A stretch of DNA of 64,000 nucleotides. Origin: an uncultured bacterium (GTDB lineage Bacteria > Cyanobacteriota > Vampirovibrionia > Gastranaerophilales > Gastranaerophilaceae). Both the position numbers and the translations under genes were made by a program. The notes under the pieces were generated by a model, which saw only the letters and a program-made list of their open reading frames with translations, made no database searches and was not told the origin of the DNA. The DNA is taken from assembly GCA_905215335.1 (NCBI GenBank), contig CAJMPQ010000001.1, positions 157,383-221,382 of the forward strand. Reading direction: 5' to 3'. Below, piece by piece: positions 35,521 through 44,344 of this stretch (position 1 is its first letter; each line of letters begins with the position of its first letter).

Positions 35521-36672
35521 CTAATTTTTCTTCAAGAAATCAGGTACGTCTAAATGAATTGGTGCCATTTGAGGGAAACCAAATCCTGAAGAACTTGAAT
35601 TATTTTGAGTTGAAGCAGGAGTTGAATTTACAGTTGATGTAGTAGATTTACCTTGAAAATATTCAGCTGCAGATAATCTAGGAGCTTCATCTTTTGATTT
35701 TTCAGCAAAACCAGTTGCAATAACTGTAATCTGAATTTCATTTTGGAATGCTTCATTAATAGCAGTACCAATAATAACATCTGCATCATCTTTAACAACA
35801 TTGTTAATTACAGAAGTTGCATCATTGATTTCATATAATGTCATATTAGAACTACCAGTAATATTAACAATAATACCACTAGCACCATTAATTGATGATT
35901 CTAACAATTGAGAATTGATAGCCATTTCAGCAGCCTTAATAGCTCTACCTTCACCTTGAGCTCTACCAATACCCATCAATGCTGTACCAGAATCTTTAAC
36001 AACTTTTCTTACATCAGCAAAGTCAATATTTATCATACCTGGAATAGTAATGATATCTGAAAGACCTTGAATACCTCTGTATAGAACTTCATCAGTAACA
36101 CAGAAAGCCTCGCGTAAACCGATTTGTCTTTCTACAACTTGAAGTAATTTATCGTTAGGAACAACAAGAATAGCATCAACATATTTTTTAAGTTTTTCAA
36201 TACCAGCTTCAGCTTGAGCCATTCTTTTTTTACCTTCCCAACAGAAAGGTTTTGTAACAAAAGCAATAGTTAAAATTCCTAAATCTCTAGCAACTTGAGC
36301 TACAATAGGAGCTGCACCAGTTCCGGTACCACCACCCATGCCGGCAGTAATAAATACCATATCTGCACCTTCTAAAGCTTTAGTAATTTCATCTTTAACT
36401 TCAATAGCAGCTCTTTCACCAGTTGAAGGATCACCACCAGAACCTAAACCTTTAGTTGTTGCAACACCTAATTGCAATTTATTAGGAACATTACTAAAAG
36501 TTAATACTTGCAAGTCAGTATTCATAATCCAGAATTCAACACCAGCAAGTTTAGCCTTAATCATTCTATTAACAGCGTTTCCACCGCCACCACCAACACC
36601 AATAACCTTGATGCGAGTAGGGTTTATATGTGATCTTTGATTATTATCATAATTAGATATAATATTTTCCAT
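35521..36672 (-). CDS. ftsZ: Cell division protein FtsZ
   Basis: IKVIGVGGGGGNAVNRMI...GVEFWIMNTDLQVL...GLGSGGDP..G...A....ITAGMGGGTGTGAAPIVA. 383 aa, GGAGG SD. Confidence 0.97.
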   Translation of the reverse strand: MENIISNYDNNQRSHINPTRIKVIGVGGGGGNAVNRMIKAKLAGVEFWIMNTDLQVLTFSNVPNKLQLGVATTKGLGSGGDPSTGERAAIEVKDEITKALEGADMVFITAGMGGGTGTGAAPIVAQVARDLGILTIAFVTKPFCWEGKKRMAQAEAGIEKLKKYVDAILVVPNDKLLQVVERQIGLREAFCVTDEVLYRGIQGLSDIITIPGMINIDFADVRKVVKDSGTALMGIGRAQGEGRAIKAAEMAINSQLLESSINGASGIIVNITGSSNMTLYEINDATSVINNVVKDDADVIIGTAINEAFQNEIQITVIATGFAEKSKDEAPRLSAAEYFQGKSTTSTVNSTPASTQNNSSSSGFGFPQMAPIHLDVPDFLKKN

Positions 36673-36789
36673 TGTACCTCCTACATTATAATCTATATTA
36701 TATACTAAAAAATAAACAATTCACGTATTTCAATATTTCGTAATAAATTAAATGAAGAGGTCATTATAAAATCTAATTAAAATTTAAAA

Positions 36790-37155
36790 TTAAGCTCGTA
36801 AATCTAATTTATTTCCCTGATTTTTATTTTTAATAGCCTGAGCCTGCATTTTTATTTGTTCAGCTTGACCAGCAACCTTATAATCTTGTCCTGAAGGGTC
36901 TGACGGAGCCATCGCAGCTCTTATAACAGCATTTGCATGATCAATAGTTTTTTGAGGATTATTTTTATCCAAAGTAGGCATCTGTATAGGTACATGACCT
37001 GATACCGGGATACCTTCAGCATTTCTTTCAATGGAGATTGCGCCGGCAAATTGTCCACCTGCAGCCTTATGAGCCATTTCATGAGCGTAAATATGATTAT
37101 AATTTTTAGTAATTAAGTCCTGCTTAGCCATTTGAGATAAACAATTTGGAACCAT
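36790..37155 (-). CDS. SprA-related family protein (putative small metalloprotease-like, HExxH)
   Basis: AHEMAHKAAGGQFAGAISIERNAEGIPVSGHVPIQMP...IRAAMAPSDPSGQDYKVAGQAEQ matches my recollection of the SprA-related family pattern. ATG 37155 has GGAGG 5 nt upstream; the track start at 37161 is a GTG. Confidence 0.6.
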   Translation of the reverse strand: MVPNCLSQMAKQDLITKNYNHIYAHEMAHKAAGGQFAGAISIERNAEGIPVSGHVPIQMPTLDKNNPQKTIDHANAVIRAAMAPSDPSGQDYKVAGQAEQIKMQAQAIKNKNQGNKLDLRA

Positions 37156-37212
37156 ACACACCTCCAGTTTATGTTACAAGTGTAGCAAATTTATTTATCT
37201 CTGTCAAGAAAC

Positions 37213-37677
37213 TTATTTAATTAGCTTGCCATAATCATTTGCTTCAGCTTCAGGAATCCTTGAAATAAGTTCATTTACTTTTGAATTAATAGTATTCAAT
37301 TCATTAGCTTTTTTCTCTGCTGCATTTAAAAATTTCAAACTTCCATTTTTGAAAAAGAAAAATGGTTGAGAAGTAATATAATTTTTAGCTGCACCAAGTT
37401 TACCACCAGCTTCAGAATCAACAACTTCTGCAACTAAAGCATTACGTTTATCTGATTTTCTAATAATAATATTAACAGGATTTTTTTCTTGATTTTTTAC
37501 TACTTCGTCAATACCTTTAAAAAAGCCTTCTCTTGATTTTTCTCCTAATTTTAGTACTTGATGTTTAATAACGCTATGTGCGCTTTTATCTAATTTTATA
37601 GCCATACCAAAACTTGGATTTGCTTTATATGTATTACAGTTAAGATTTTGATTAAAATTAGTAATTCCTAAATTCAT
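37213..37677 (-). CDS. Hypothetical protein (154 aa) with N-terminal ...ANPSFGMAIKL motif
   Basis: ATG with AAAGGG SD. No family recognised. Confidence 0.6.
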   Translation of the reverse strand: MNLGITNFNQNLNCNTYKANPSFGMAIKLDKSAHSVIKHQVLKLGEKSREGFFKGIDEVVKNQEKNPVNIIIRKSDKRNALVAEVVDSEAGGKLGAAKNYITSQPFFFFKNGSLKFLNAAEKKANELNTINSKVNELISRIPEAEANDYGKLIK

Positions 37678-37773
37678 AATGAGACCCTTTCTATTATTTT
37701 ACAATTTATAGAAAACACATAAAAATAAAATTTGCTACATTGGTAATAAATAATAAAATATAAATTATAAAAT

Positions 37774-37845
37774 AGCGGGCAACGAGACTCGAACTCGCGA
37801 TCTTCTCCTTGGGAAGGAGACATTCTACCACTGAACTATGCCCGC
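37774..37845 (-). tRNA. tRNA-Gly (anticodon CCC)
   Basis: Reverse complement: GCGGGCA-TA-GTTC-AGTGGTA-GAAT-G-TCTCC-TTCCCAA-GGAGA-AGATC-GCGAG-TTCGAGT-CTCGT-TGCCCGC-T. This folds as a full cloverleaf with a 7-bp acceptor, a T-loop TTCGAGT, an anticodon loop TT-CCC-AA and discriminator U. CCA is not encoded. Confidence 0.95.
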
Positions 37846-37891
37846 AAACAAAGTTCAACTTAATATATCATGAAAAATCTATAACTAAACT

Positions 37892-38770
37892 TTACACAAT
37901 TTCTTTATTTCTAAAATGTTCTTGTTGAACAATTGAAATCAATTTATTTAAAAATGCTTTATATCTTGCTCTAACAGCTTCACCAGATAACACAATATCA
38001 GCTTCATTTTTACATGGTCTTATATAAATTTCAGCTTTTTGAGAAGCATTTTTATATATACCATCTGCTGATGCACCTAAATCTCTTTCTGCAGCTCTGA
38101 TATAAAATCTATCTTTTTGAACTTCACGTCTTACATCAACATAAATCTTAAAATCAAATGCATCTTTTATTTTATCTGTAAGCGTAAATAATCCTTCCGA
38201 AATAACAATTTTGGAAGGATTAGCCAATGTGTAATTATCATATCTTTTTGCAGTTCCTGACATGTCATATTTTGGAAGATAAACAGAATTACCTGATAAT
38301 AATTCCTTAATATGCTTGCTCATAAGTTCTAATTCTAGAGCTTGAGGAACATCTAAATCATAGTTTTTAGCAAATTCTGCAAAACTACCTGCTGCTTTTA
38401 CCATTTCTGAACGATCATAATAATAATCATCAGTATTAACACGAGTAATAGCATCTTCAATTTCGAATTCGGTAGCAAATGATTTAATAGTATCAATGAT
38501 ATCTAAAGTTATTGTAGATTTACCACTTGCTGTTTCTCCTGCAATACCAATTGATGCGGAACGTGTAACATGTCCAGATAAAAATTTGGCTAACTTTGAT
38601 ATTATTTCTGGTTTATAACTAACTAAAATCGACCCTTGTGCATTTAATTCATCTTCAAAAATCTTATTTAATTGATCTTCAATTACCTGAACCTTGTTTA
38701 CCGGAACTGAAACATACATTTTTTTTGTTTTGAATGCTGTTTCTTGGGATTTATGTATTATATCTACCAT
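37892..38770 (-). CDS. Uridine kinase / phosphoribulokinase-family P-loop kinase with an N-terminal extension
   Basis: IGIAGETASGKSTITLDI (P-loop), NTDDYYYD, LPKYDMSGTAKR, IVISEGLF, KIYVDV: the PRK/udk family order of motifs. 292 aa. Confidence 0.7.
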   Translation of the reverse strand: MVDIIHKSQETAFKTKKMYVSVPVNKVQVIEDQLNKIFEDELNAQGSILVSYKPEIISKLAKFLSGHVTRSASIGIAGETASGKSTITLDIIDTIKSFATEFEIEDAITRVNTDDYYYDRSEMVKAAGSFAEFAKNYDLDVPQALELELMSKHIKELLSGNSVYLPKYDMSGTAKRYDNYTLANPSKIVISEGLFTLTDKIKDAFDFKIYVDVRREVQKDRFYIRAAERDLGASADGIYKNASQKAEIYIRPCKNEADIVLSGEAVRARYKAFLNKLISIVQQEHFRNKEIV

Positions 38771-38924
38771 CTTTTTCCTTCAAATTCTATTACTACGTTC
38801 ATAGTCTTTTCTAAACTATACCAAAATTAAGTAAAAAAAAAAATAATTTTTGTCAAAATATTAACTTTGGTAAATATAATTTAACATTTTAAGATTAAAT
38901 TTTTATTGAAAATTTATGCTATAA

Positions 38925-38933
38925 TCAGCATGA
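38925..38933 (+). promoter_or_regulatory. Candidate extended -10 element (TGcTATAAT) upstream of dapL
   Basis: TGCTATAAT lies 30 nt upstream of the dapL ATG, followed by GGGAG SD. Confidence 0.35.
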
Positions 38934-38963
38934 GAGACACTTTAAGAAAGGGAGTTTTAAACT

Positions 38964-40139
38964 ATGAACATCAATACAAATTACCAAAATATTGCTGATA
39001 GTTATTTATTTTCAACTATTGCAAAAAAAGTAAATGAATTTGCAACTAATAACCCTGATAAAAAAATCATTAAATTAGGAATCGGAGATGTAACTCTACC
39101 TCTTTGCAAAGTTGTTGTAAATGCTCTAAAAAAAGCATCTGAAGAAATGGGAGTAAAAGAAACTTTCCACGGTTATGGACCTGAGCAAGGTTATGACTTT
39201 TTAAAATCAAAAGTTCAAGCTTATTATGCTTCTCATAATGTATCTTTAGAAAATGATGAAATATTCATTTCAGATGGTGCAAAATCAGATTTAGGTAATA
39301 TTTTAGATTTATTTGCGGTTGATAATACAGTTTTAGTTCCAGATCCGGTTTACCCTGTATATGTTGACACTAATACAATGGCTGGAAGAAAAATCATTTA
39401 TATCGATGCAAATGCTGAAAATAATTTCTTACCACTTCCTGATAAATCTGTAAAAGCTGATATTATTTATTTATGTTCTCCAAACAATCCAACAGGTGCA
39501 GTTTACAATAAAGAACAACTAAAAGCTTGGGTTGATTATGCGAACGAAAATAAATCTGTAATCCTTTTCGATTCAGCTTATGAATGTTTTATTACAGATG
39601 AAAATTTACCAAGAAGTATTTATGAAATAGAAGGCGCTAAAACTTGTGCTATAGAATTTTGTTCACTATCTAAAATGGCAGGATTTACCGGTACAAGATG
39701 CGGTTATACAGTTGTTCCAAAAGCAATTGAAAATGGATTATTAAATAAAATGTGGTTAAGACGCCAAACTACAAAATTCAATGGTGTTCCATATATTATC
39801 CAAAGAGGTGCTGAAGCTGTATTTACAGAAGACGGTCAAAAAGAAATCCAAGAAAATCTAAATTATTATAAAGAAAATGCAAAACTTATTTCTGATGTTT
39901 TAACTAAACATAATATTTGGCATATTGGTGGACAACATTCTCCATACATTTGGTTAAAATGTCCTAACAACATGACTTCTTGGGAATTCTTTGATTATTT
40001 ATTAACAAATGTTCAAATCGTTGGAACACCAGGTTCTGGTTTCGGACGTAACGGAGAAGGTTATTTCCGCTTAACTTCATTTGGCAGCAGAGAAAATACT
40101 CTAGAAGCTGTAAAAAGACTTGACGAATTCTTAAAATAA
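38964..40139 (+). CDS. dapL: LL-diaminopimelate aminotransferase
   Basis: NYQNIADSYLFSTIAKKVNEF......KIIKLGIGDVTLPL, CSPNNPTG, SLSKMAGFTGTRCGYTVVP (PLP Lys) and FNG.PYI.QR: the DapL pattern. 391 aa. Confidence 0.85.
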   Translation: MNINTNYQNIADSYLFSTIAKKVNEFATNNPDKKIIKLGIGDVTLPLCKVVVNALKKASEEMGVKETFHGYGPEQGYDFLKSKVQAYYASHNVSLENDEIFISDGAKSDLGNILDLFAVDNTVLVPDPVYPVYVDTNTMAGRKIIYIDANAENNFLPLPDKSVKADIIYLCSPNNPTGAVYNKEQLKAWVDYANENKSVILFDSAYECFITDENLPRSIYEIEGAKTCAIEFCSLSKMAGFTGTRCGYTVVPKAIENGLLNKMWLRRQTTKFNGVPYIIQRGAEAVFTEDGQKEIQENLNYYKENAKLISDVLTKHNIWHIGGQHSPYIWLKCPNNMTSWEFFDYLLTNVQIVGTPGSGFGRNGEGYFRLTSFGSRENTLEAVKRLDEFLK

Positions 40140-40165
40140 TTTTAAAATCATATTTATAAAAGATA

Positions 40166-40204
40166 CAAAAGAGCCCCAAAAAATTTTTGAGGCTCTTTTG
40201 TCTA
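40166..40204 (+). terminator. Rho-independent terminator of dapL
   Basis: CAAAAGAGCC-ccaaaaaatttttga-GGCTCTTTTG followed by a T-rich stretch. Confidence 0.75.
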
Positions 40205-40228
40205 TATAGTGAAAGGAGTTAAGACTAA

Positions 40229-40387
40229 ATGATTACTAAAGAAGTAAATGATTGGATTAAAAGAGTTGAACAAGGAAATTATTCATCTTGGGACATTATG
40301 GAAGAATTTACACAATTCCACAAATACCTAACAAAAGAAGAAGTTCAGCAAATCAAAAAGAGATTAGAAAGTTCTATTAAACGTTAA
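40229..40387 (+). CDS. Small hypothetical protein (52 aa), below the ORF-track size cutoff
   Basis: ATG preceded by AAGGAG (8-nt spacer). Translation: MITKEVNDWIKRVEQGNYSSWDIMEEFTQFHKYLTKEEVQQIKKRLESSIKR. It lies between the dapL terminator and the promoter-like element of the next gene. Confidence 0.5.
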   Translation: MITKEVNDWIKRVEQGNYSSWDIMEEFTQFHKYLTKEEVQQIKKRLESSIKR

Positions 40388-40413
40388 AACCTATAGTCTA
40401 ATTATAAAAAATA

Positions 40414-40422
40414 TGCTATAAT
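40414..40422 (+). promoter_or_regulatory. Candidate extended -10 element (TGcTATAAT) upstream of the DUF2971 gene
   Basis: TGCTATAAT lies 25 nt upstream of ATG 40448. It is flanked by a direct repeat TATAGTCT at 40392-40399 and 40428-40435. Confidence 0.35.
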
Positions 40423-40447
40423 ATTCTTATAGTCTGCGAGGTTCTTA

Positions 40448-41359
40448 ATGTCTTATTATGATGATTTGCTGGAAAAAATTCCGAAAATAAAAAAGATATT
40501 GGATAATGATACTAATTACACAATTTATCACTATACAAAACCAGAAAAATTATTAAACATTTTAGCAGGCAGTACTCTAAGATTTTCTAATGCTCTTTAT
40601 CTAAATGATAAAGAAGAAATTGCGTATTCTTATAAATTGATTGTTCAACTTATCGGTGAAACAGAAGGACTAAATCCGGATCTTTTTGGGAAAATTGAAA
40701 ATCATTTTAAGAATAAATACAAACATATTGTTGATGGCTATAGCGATTTAATAAACAAATTAGAATATTTTACCACATCATTTTCAACTGAAAGTGATAA
40801 CTTAACTCTTTGGAATAATTATGCAAAAGGTAAAAGTTACACAGGCTATAATATTGGATTTGATAAGAAAAAATTAGTTACAGAAATGACTAACAGTGGT
40901 TATCTTCCAATTTATGGCAGTGTAATTTACGATAAGCAAAAACAAATTAAAATTATCCACGCAATATTTAAAAAATGGAACATGCTTTTTGAAAGAGCAT
41001 TAAAAGCAAAAAAACAAAATGAAGTTAAACTATTTGATATATTGTTTGAATTGATTGATGTTTTAAGCATTGTAAGTATATTCTTCAAAAATCCACAGTT
41101 CAAAAATGAACATGAATATAGAATAGTTATAGTAAATGCTTTTGGTGCACCTAATTCTAAACCAACTGGTGTGGTTGAAAAAAATGGATTATTTGTACCT
41201 TATTTAGAATACAAGTTTTCAAAAGATTCCGTTACATCAATCAATATCGGACCTACATTTGATGAAAACATTTTCTACACAAGTACCAATAGAATGTTAT
41301 TAAACTTTGGCTATGATAACAAACAAGTTTTTCGTTCTAAAATTCCACTAAGATATTGA
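40448..41359 (+). CDS. DUF2971-family protein
   Basis: IYHYTKPEKLLNILAGSTLRFSNALYLNDKEE is the characteristic DUF2971 N-terminal pattern. 303 aa, GAGG SD. Confidence 0.7.
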   Translation: MSYYDDLLEKIPKIKKILDNDTNYTIYHYTKPEKLLNILAGSTLRFSNALYLNDKEEIAYSYKLIVQLIGETEGLNPDLFGKIENHFKNKYKHIVDGYSDLINKLEYFTTSFSTESDNLTLWNNYAKGKSYTGYNIGFDKKKLVTEMTNSGYLPIYGSVIYDKQKQIKIIHAIFKKWNMLFERALKAKKQNEVKLFDILFELIDVLSIVSIFFKNPQFKNEHEYRIVIVNAFGAPNSKPTGVVEKNGLFVPYLEYKFSKDSVTSINIGPTFDENIFYTSTNRMLLNFGYDNKQVFRSKIPLRY

Positions 41360-41434
41360 TACCCAAAAGTTTGATGCAAAATTTTAACTATTAAGCTATA
41401 ATAATCAAAATTATATTTAATAGAGGTATTTATT

Positions 41435-41740
41435 ATGTTAGTAGAATTAAACAACGATAATTTTGAACAAGAAACAAAACAAGGTTTAAAACTGATAGAA
41501 TTTTACACAACTTGGTGTATGTATTGCCGCAACCAAAGAATTGAACTTGAAGAATTGAAAGATTCTGACATGTGGATTGGACTTGTAGACGGCGATGAAT
41601 CCCCAAATATTGCTCAGAAATATGGAATTAAAGGCTACCCAACGTTTGTTTTGCTAAAAGATGGAGAAAAAATCGCAGAATTTGTTGGATTCCATCAAAA
41701 AGGTCAATTATTGAATAAACTTATGAATTACATAAACTAA
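41435..41740 (+). CDS. Thioredoxin-fold protein with an atypical WCMYC active site
   Basis: LIEFYTTWCMYCRNQ....VDGDESPNIAQKYGIKGYPTFVLLKDGEKIAEFVG. 101 aa. Confidence 0.85.
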   Translation: MLVELNNDNFEQETKQGLKLIEFYTTWCMYCRNQRIELEELKDSDMWIGLVDGDESPNIAQKYGIKGYPTFVLLKDGEKIAEFVGFHQKGQLLNKLMNYIN

Positions 41741-41746
41741 TATATT

Positions 41747-41780
41747 AAAAAAGAGCTGACAAATTGTCAGCTCCTTTTTT
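41747..41780. terminator. Bidirectional rho-independent terminator
   Basis: AAAAAAGAGCTGACA-aat-TGTCAGCTCCTTTTTT, between convergent genes ending at 41740 (+) and 41796 (-). Confidence 0.85.
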
Positions 41781-41795
41781 AATATCAAAAAAATT

Positions 41796-42413
41796 TTAAG
41801 ACACTCTATTTAAATCTTTATCTATTAGATAAACTTCACCACTGTTGTGATCAAAATGACATTTTGCAATATATAATTCATTATTTTCTACAGCAGTCCT
41901 TATAATATTCGAATGTTCCATAATATAATCTTCAACCCATATTGTATGTTTTCTTGCAAATTTATTATTACAAGACATCTGACCACCCTTATCTATTACA
42001 GGATAAACACATTTTAAAATAGATTGAAAATTCTCTGTAACTTCAGGATAATGCTCATTTGCATAAGTCATAACACCACAATCATCATGTCCTAATAAAA
42101 TTAATAATGGTACATGTAATTTTTTTACAGAGTATTCTAAACTTTCCAAAACATTAGGACCAACAGTAATTCCTGCAACCCTAACTACAAAAAGCTCACC
42201 TATTCCACAATCAAAAATAATTTCAGGTACAACTCTTGAATCAGAACAACTTAAAACACAAGCATAAGGTTCTTGATATAATGCTAACTTCTGCAAAGTT
42301 GAAAGACACATATTCTTTGCAGTAGGAGTTCCATGTATAAAGTTTTTATTTCCACTCAATAATTTTTCTAACTCTTGTTTGGCTTTTACTGGAATATTTT
42401 CTGGTAAATTCAT
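41796..42413 (-). CDS. Beta-class carbonic anhydrase
   Basis: CSDSRVVPEIIF..GIGELFVVRVAG...LGHDDCG carries the zinc ligands Cys, His and Cys in canonical context. 205 aa, AGGAGG SD. Confidence 0.88.
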   Translation of the reverse strand: MNLPENIPVKAKQELEKLLSGNKNFIHGTPTAKNMCLSTLQKLALYQEPYACVLSCSDSRVVPEIIFDCGIGELFVVRVAGITVGPNVLESLEYSVKKLHVPLLILLGHDDCGVMTYANEHYPEVTENFQSILKCVYPVIDKGGQMSCNNKFARKHTIWVEDYIMEHSNIIRTAVENNELYIAKCHFDHNSGEVYLIDKDLNRVS

Positions 42414-42554
42414 ATTGCCTCCTTTTAATTACATTATTTTATATTATGTTTAATCTTATGTCAAAATCATATAAATACATACAATTAAAATCAGTTAATT
42501 GAATGAATAAAAATCATATAAAATCTTATATACTTTAATAAAGGTAAGTATATT

Positions 42555-44225
42555 ATGATTGAAGATTTTTTGCTATTAAAATTAAATAGAACTGTTTGGA
42601 TAGCATTATTAGCACAAAATAAAATTATTGAAGCTGTAGGTTACTATGAAACATACAATAATAATCTTGCACTATTTCAAAAGAACAAACAATTAAAAGA
42701 GCAAGTTCTGAATGAAGCTGCATATTCTCAAGCTTATTTCTTAAATAAAATCACAACAATTGCTGAAAAATATATCGCAGAAAAAGACTATGCTAATGCT
42801 GCAATATGCTATACTGCAATATTTAAATATAATCAAAATAATATAAACGACATTAAAAACTACATACTGTGCCTAGAAAAATTAGACCAATTTGATTTAG
42901 CTACAGAAGTTATTAAACACTTAGAAACAGCTACTCCAAATGACATTTCAGTATATAAATTATTGAGCGAAATTTATAATAAGCAAAATAATAATTATAA
43001 AGCTGTTCAATATATGGAAAAATATTTAGCAGAAAAAACATCTGATAAAATATCTGCATCTGAATACAATCTTCTAGGTTGCTATTATAATAAACTATAT
43101 TCTGACAATAGCCATAAATATGAAGATATAGTAAAATCTCTAGATAATTTTAAAAAGGCTTCTGCAATAGAACCTTTTAACAAATTATTTATGAAAAATG
43201 CAACCATAATGGCTTCAAAAGCGAATGATTACCAATCAGGTAAATACTACTGGGATGAGATTCTAAAGCTAGATAATATGTCAAACGATGACAAATATGA
43301 TTACGCTGCATTTTGCTTAAAAAATCAAGATTTTGAAGGTTGGTATAAATACTTTAATGCTCGCTTTGCTAAAGAAAATAATCCAACACAGTTCCCTAAA
43401 ATTTCAAAACCTGAGTGGAATGGGATTAAAAATATATCAAGTTATACATTGTTAGTACACTATGAACAAGGTTTTGGAGATACATTTTTAACTTGGGGTT
43501 ATATACCAAGACTAGTAAAATTAGCAAAACACGTAATATTTGTTTGCCAAGACAATATTTATGAATTATTAAAAGATAATCCATACGGAGTTGAAGTTAT
43601 ACCAAAGAGTTTAGCAGATTTAAGCAAAATAAAATTTGATTACTATATTCCTTCAATGACAATTCCTATTGCACTAAAACTAAATAGAGAAAATATTTCG
43701 GTTGGAGAAAGTTATATTCAAGCCAATCCTGAACTTGTAAAAGAGTTCAAAGAAAAATATTTTAACAATAATAAATTCAAAATAGGGATTTCATTTGCTG
43801 GCAGCATAAATGGAAATCACACAAGAGATATTCTTATAGAAAATTTCTTACCTTTAGATAAATTACAAAATATAGAAATATATTCTTTAACCAAAGATAT
43901 TTCAGACAATAAATTTGAATGTTTCAAAAACAATCATGTTCAAAATATTGCTAAAGATTTTAAAAATTTTGCAGACACTGCAGCAGCAATTGAAAACCTA
44001 GATTTAGTATTAACAAGTGACAATTGTATACTAAATCTGGCAGGTGCTTTAGGTAAAAAGACATTAGCACTATTCAATTGGCATTATGAATTCAGATGGT
44101 TTGATTTGTCTGGTAAAGATGTTGTATGGCTTACTTCTGTAGAGCCTATAGTTAATGATAAAATCGATAACTGGTCTTATTCAATCAACAAAGCAATTGA
44201 AAAAATTGAAGCTATGAAAAACTAA
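42555..44225 (+). CDS. TPR-repeat protein with a C-terminal GT9-like (heptosyltransferase-fold) domain
   Basis: The N-terminal 250 aa or so are TPR-like. LLVHYEQGFGDTFLTWGYIPRL and KIGISFAGS.....FADTAAAIENLDLVLTSDNCILNLAGALGKKTLALFN fit the TPR-GT9 fusion pattern. Confidence 0.55.
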   Translation: MIEDFLLLKLNRTVWIALLAQNKIIEAVGYYETYNNNLALFQKNKQLKEQVLNEAAYSQAYFLNKITTIAEKYIAEKDYANAAICYTAIFKYNQNNINDIKNYILCLEKLDQFDLATEVIKHLETATPNDISVYKLLSEIYNKQNNNYKAVQYMEKYLAEKTSDKISASEYNLLGCYYNKLYSDNSHKYEDIVKSLDNFKKASAIEPFNKLFMKNATIMASKANDYQSGKYYWDEILKLDNMSNDDKYDYAAFCLKNQDFEGWYKYFNARFAKENNPTQFPKISKPEWNGIKNISSYTLLVHYEQGFGDTFLTWGYIPRLVKLAKHVIFVCQDNIYELLKDNPYGVEVIPKSLADLSKIKFDYYIPSMTIPIALKLNRENISVGESYIQANPELVKEFKEKYFNNNKFKIGISFAGSINGNHTRDILIENFLPLDKLQNIEIYSLTKDISDNKFECFKNNHVQNIAKDFKNFADTAAAIENLDLVLTSDNCILNLAGALGKKTLALFNWHYEFRWFDLSGKDVVWLTSVEPIVNDKIDNWSYSINKAIEKIEAMKN

Positions 44226-44344
44226 ACATTTCCACAAGCAAACAATCTAATTAAATATTTTAAGATTATTCATATAACATTGACGATATCTCAATGGATA
44301 TTTTATACTAGGGTATATAAGATAAGTTTCAAAAGGAGCAGGGG

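Noticed and set aside
37774-37845. tRNA-Gly as an integration site of a genomic island
   Set aside because: There is no integrase in the flanks, and I did not see a duplicated copy of the tRNA 3' segment by eye. The neighbouring genes are small and on the same strand as the surrounding core genes.
38833-38843. A11 homopolymer in the divergent promoter region between the kinase-family gene and dapL (also T10 at 56175-56184 upstream of galM) as a phase-variation tract
   Set aside because: Long A/T runs are expected in a genome this AT-rich. None interrupts a coding frame, and I have no population data. I note them but do not treat them as evidence of phase variation.
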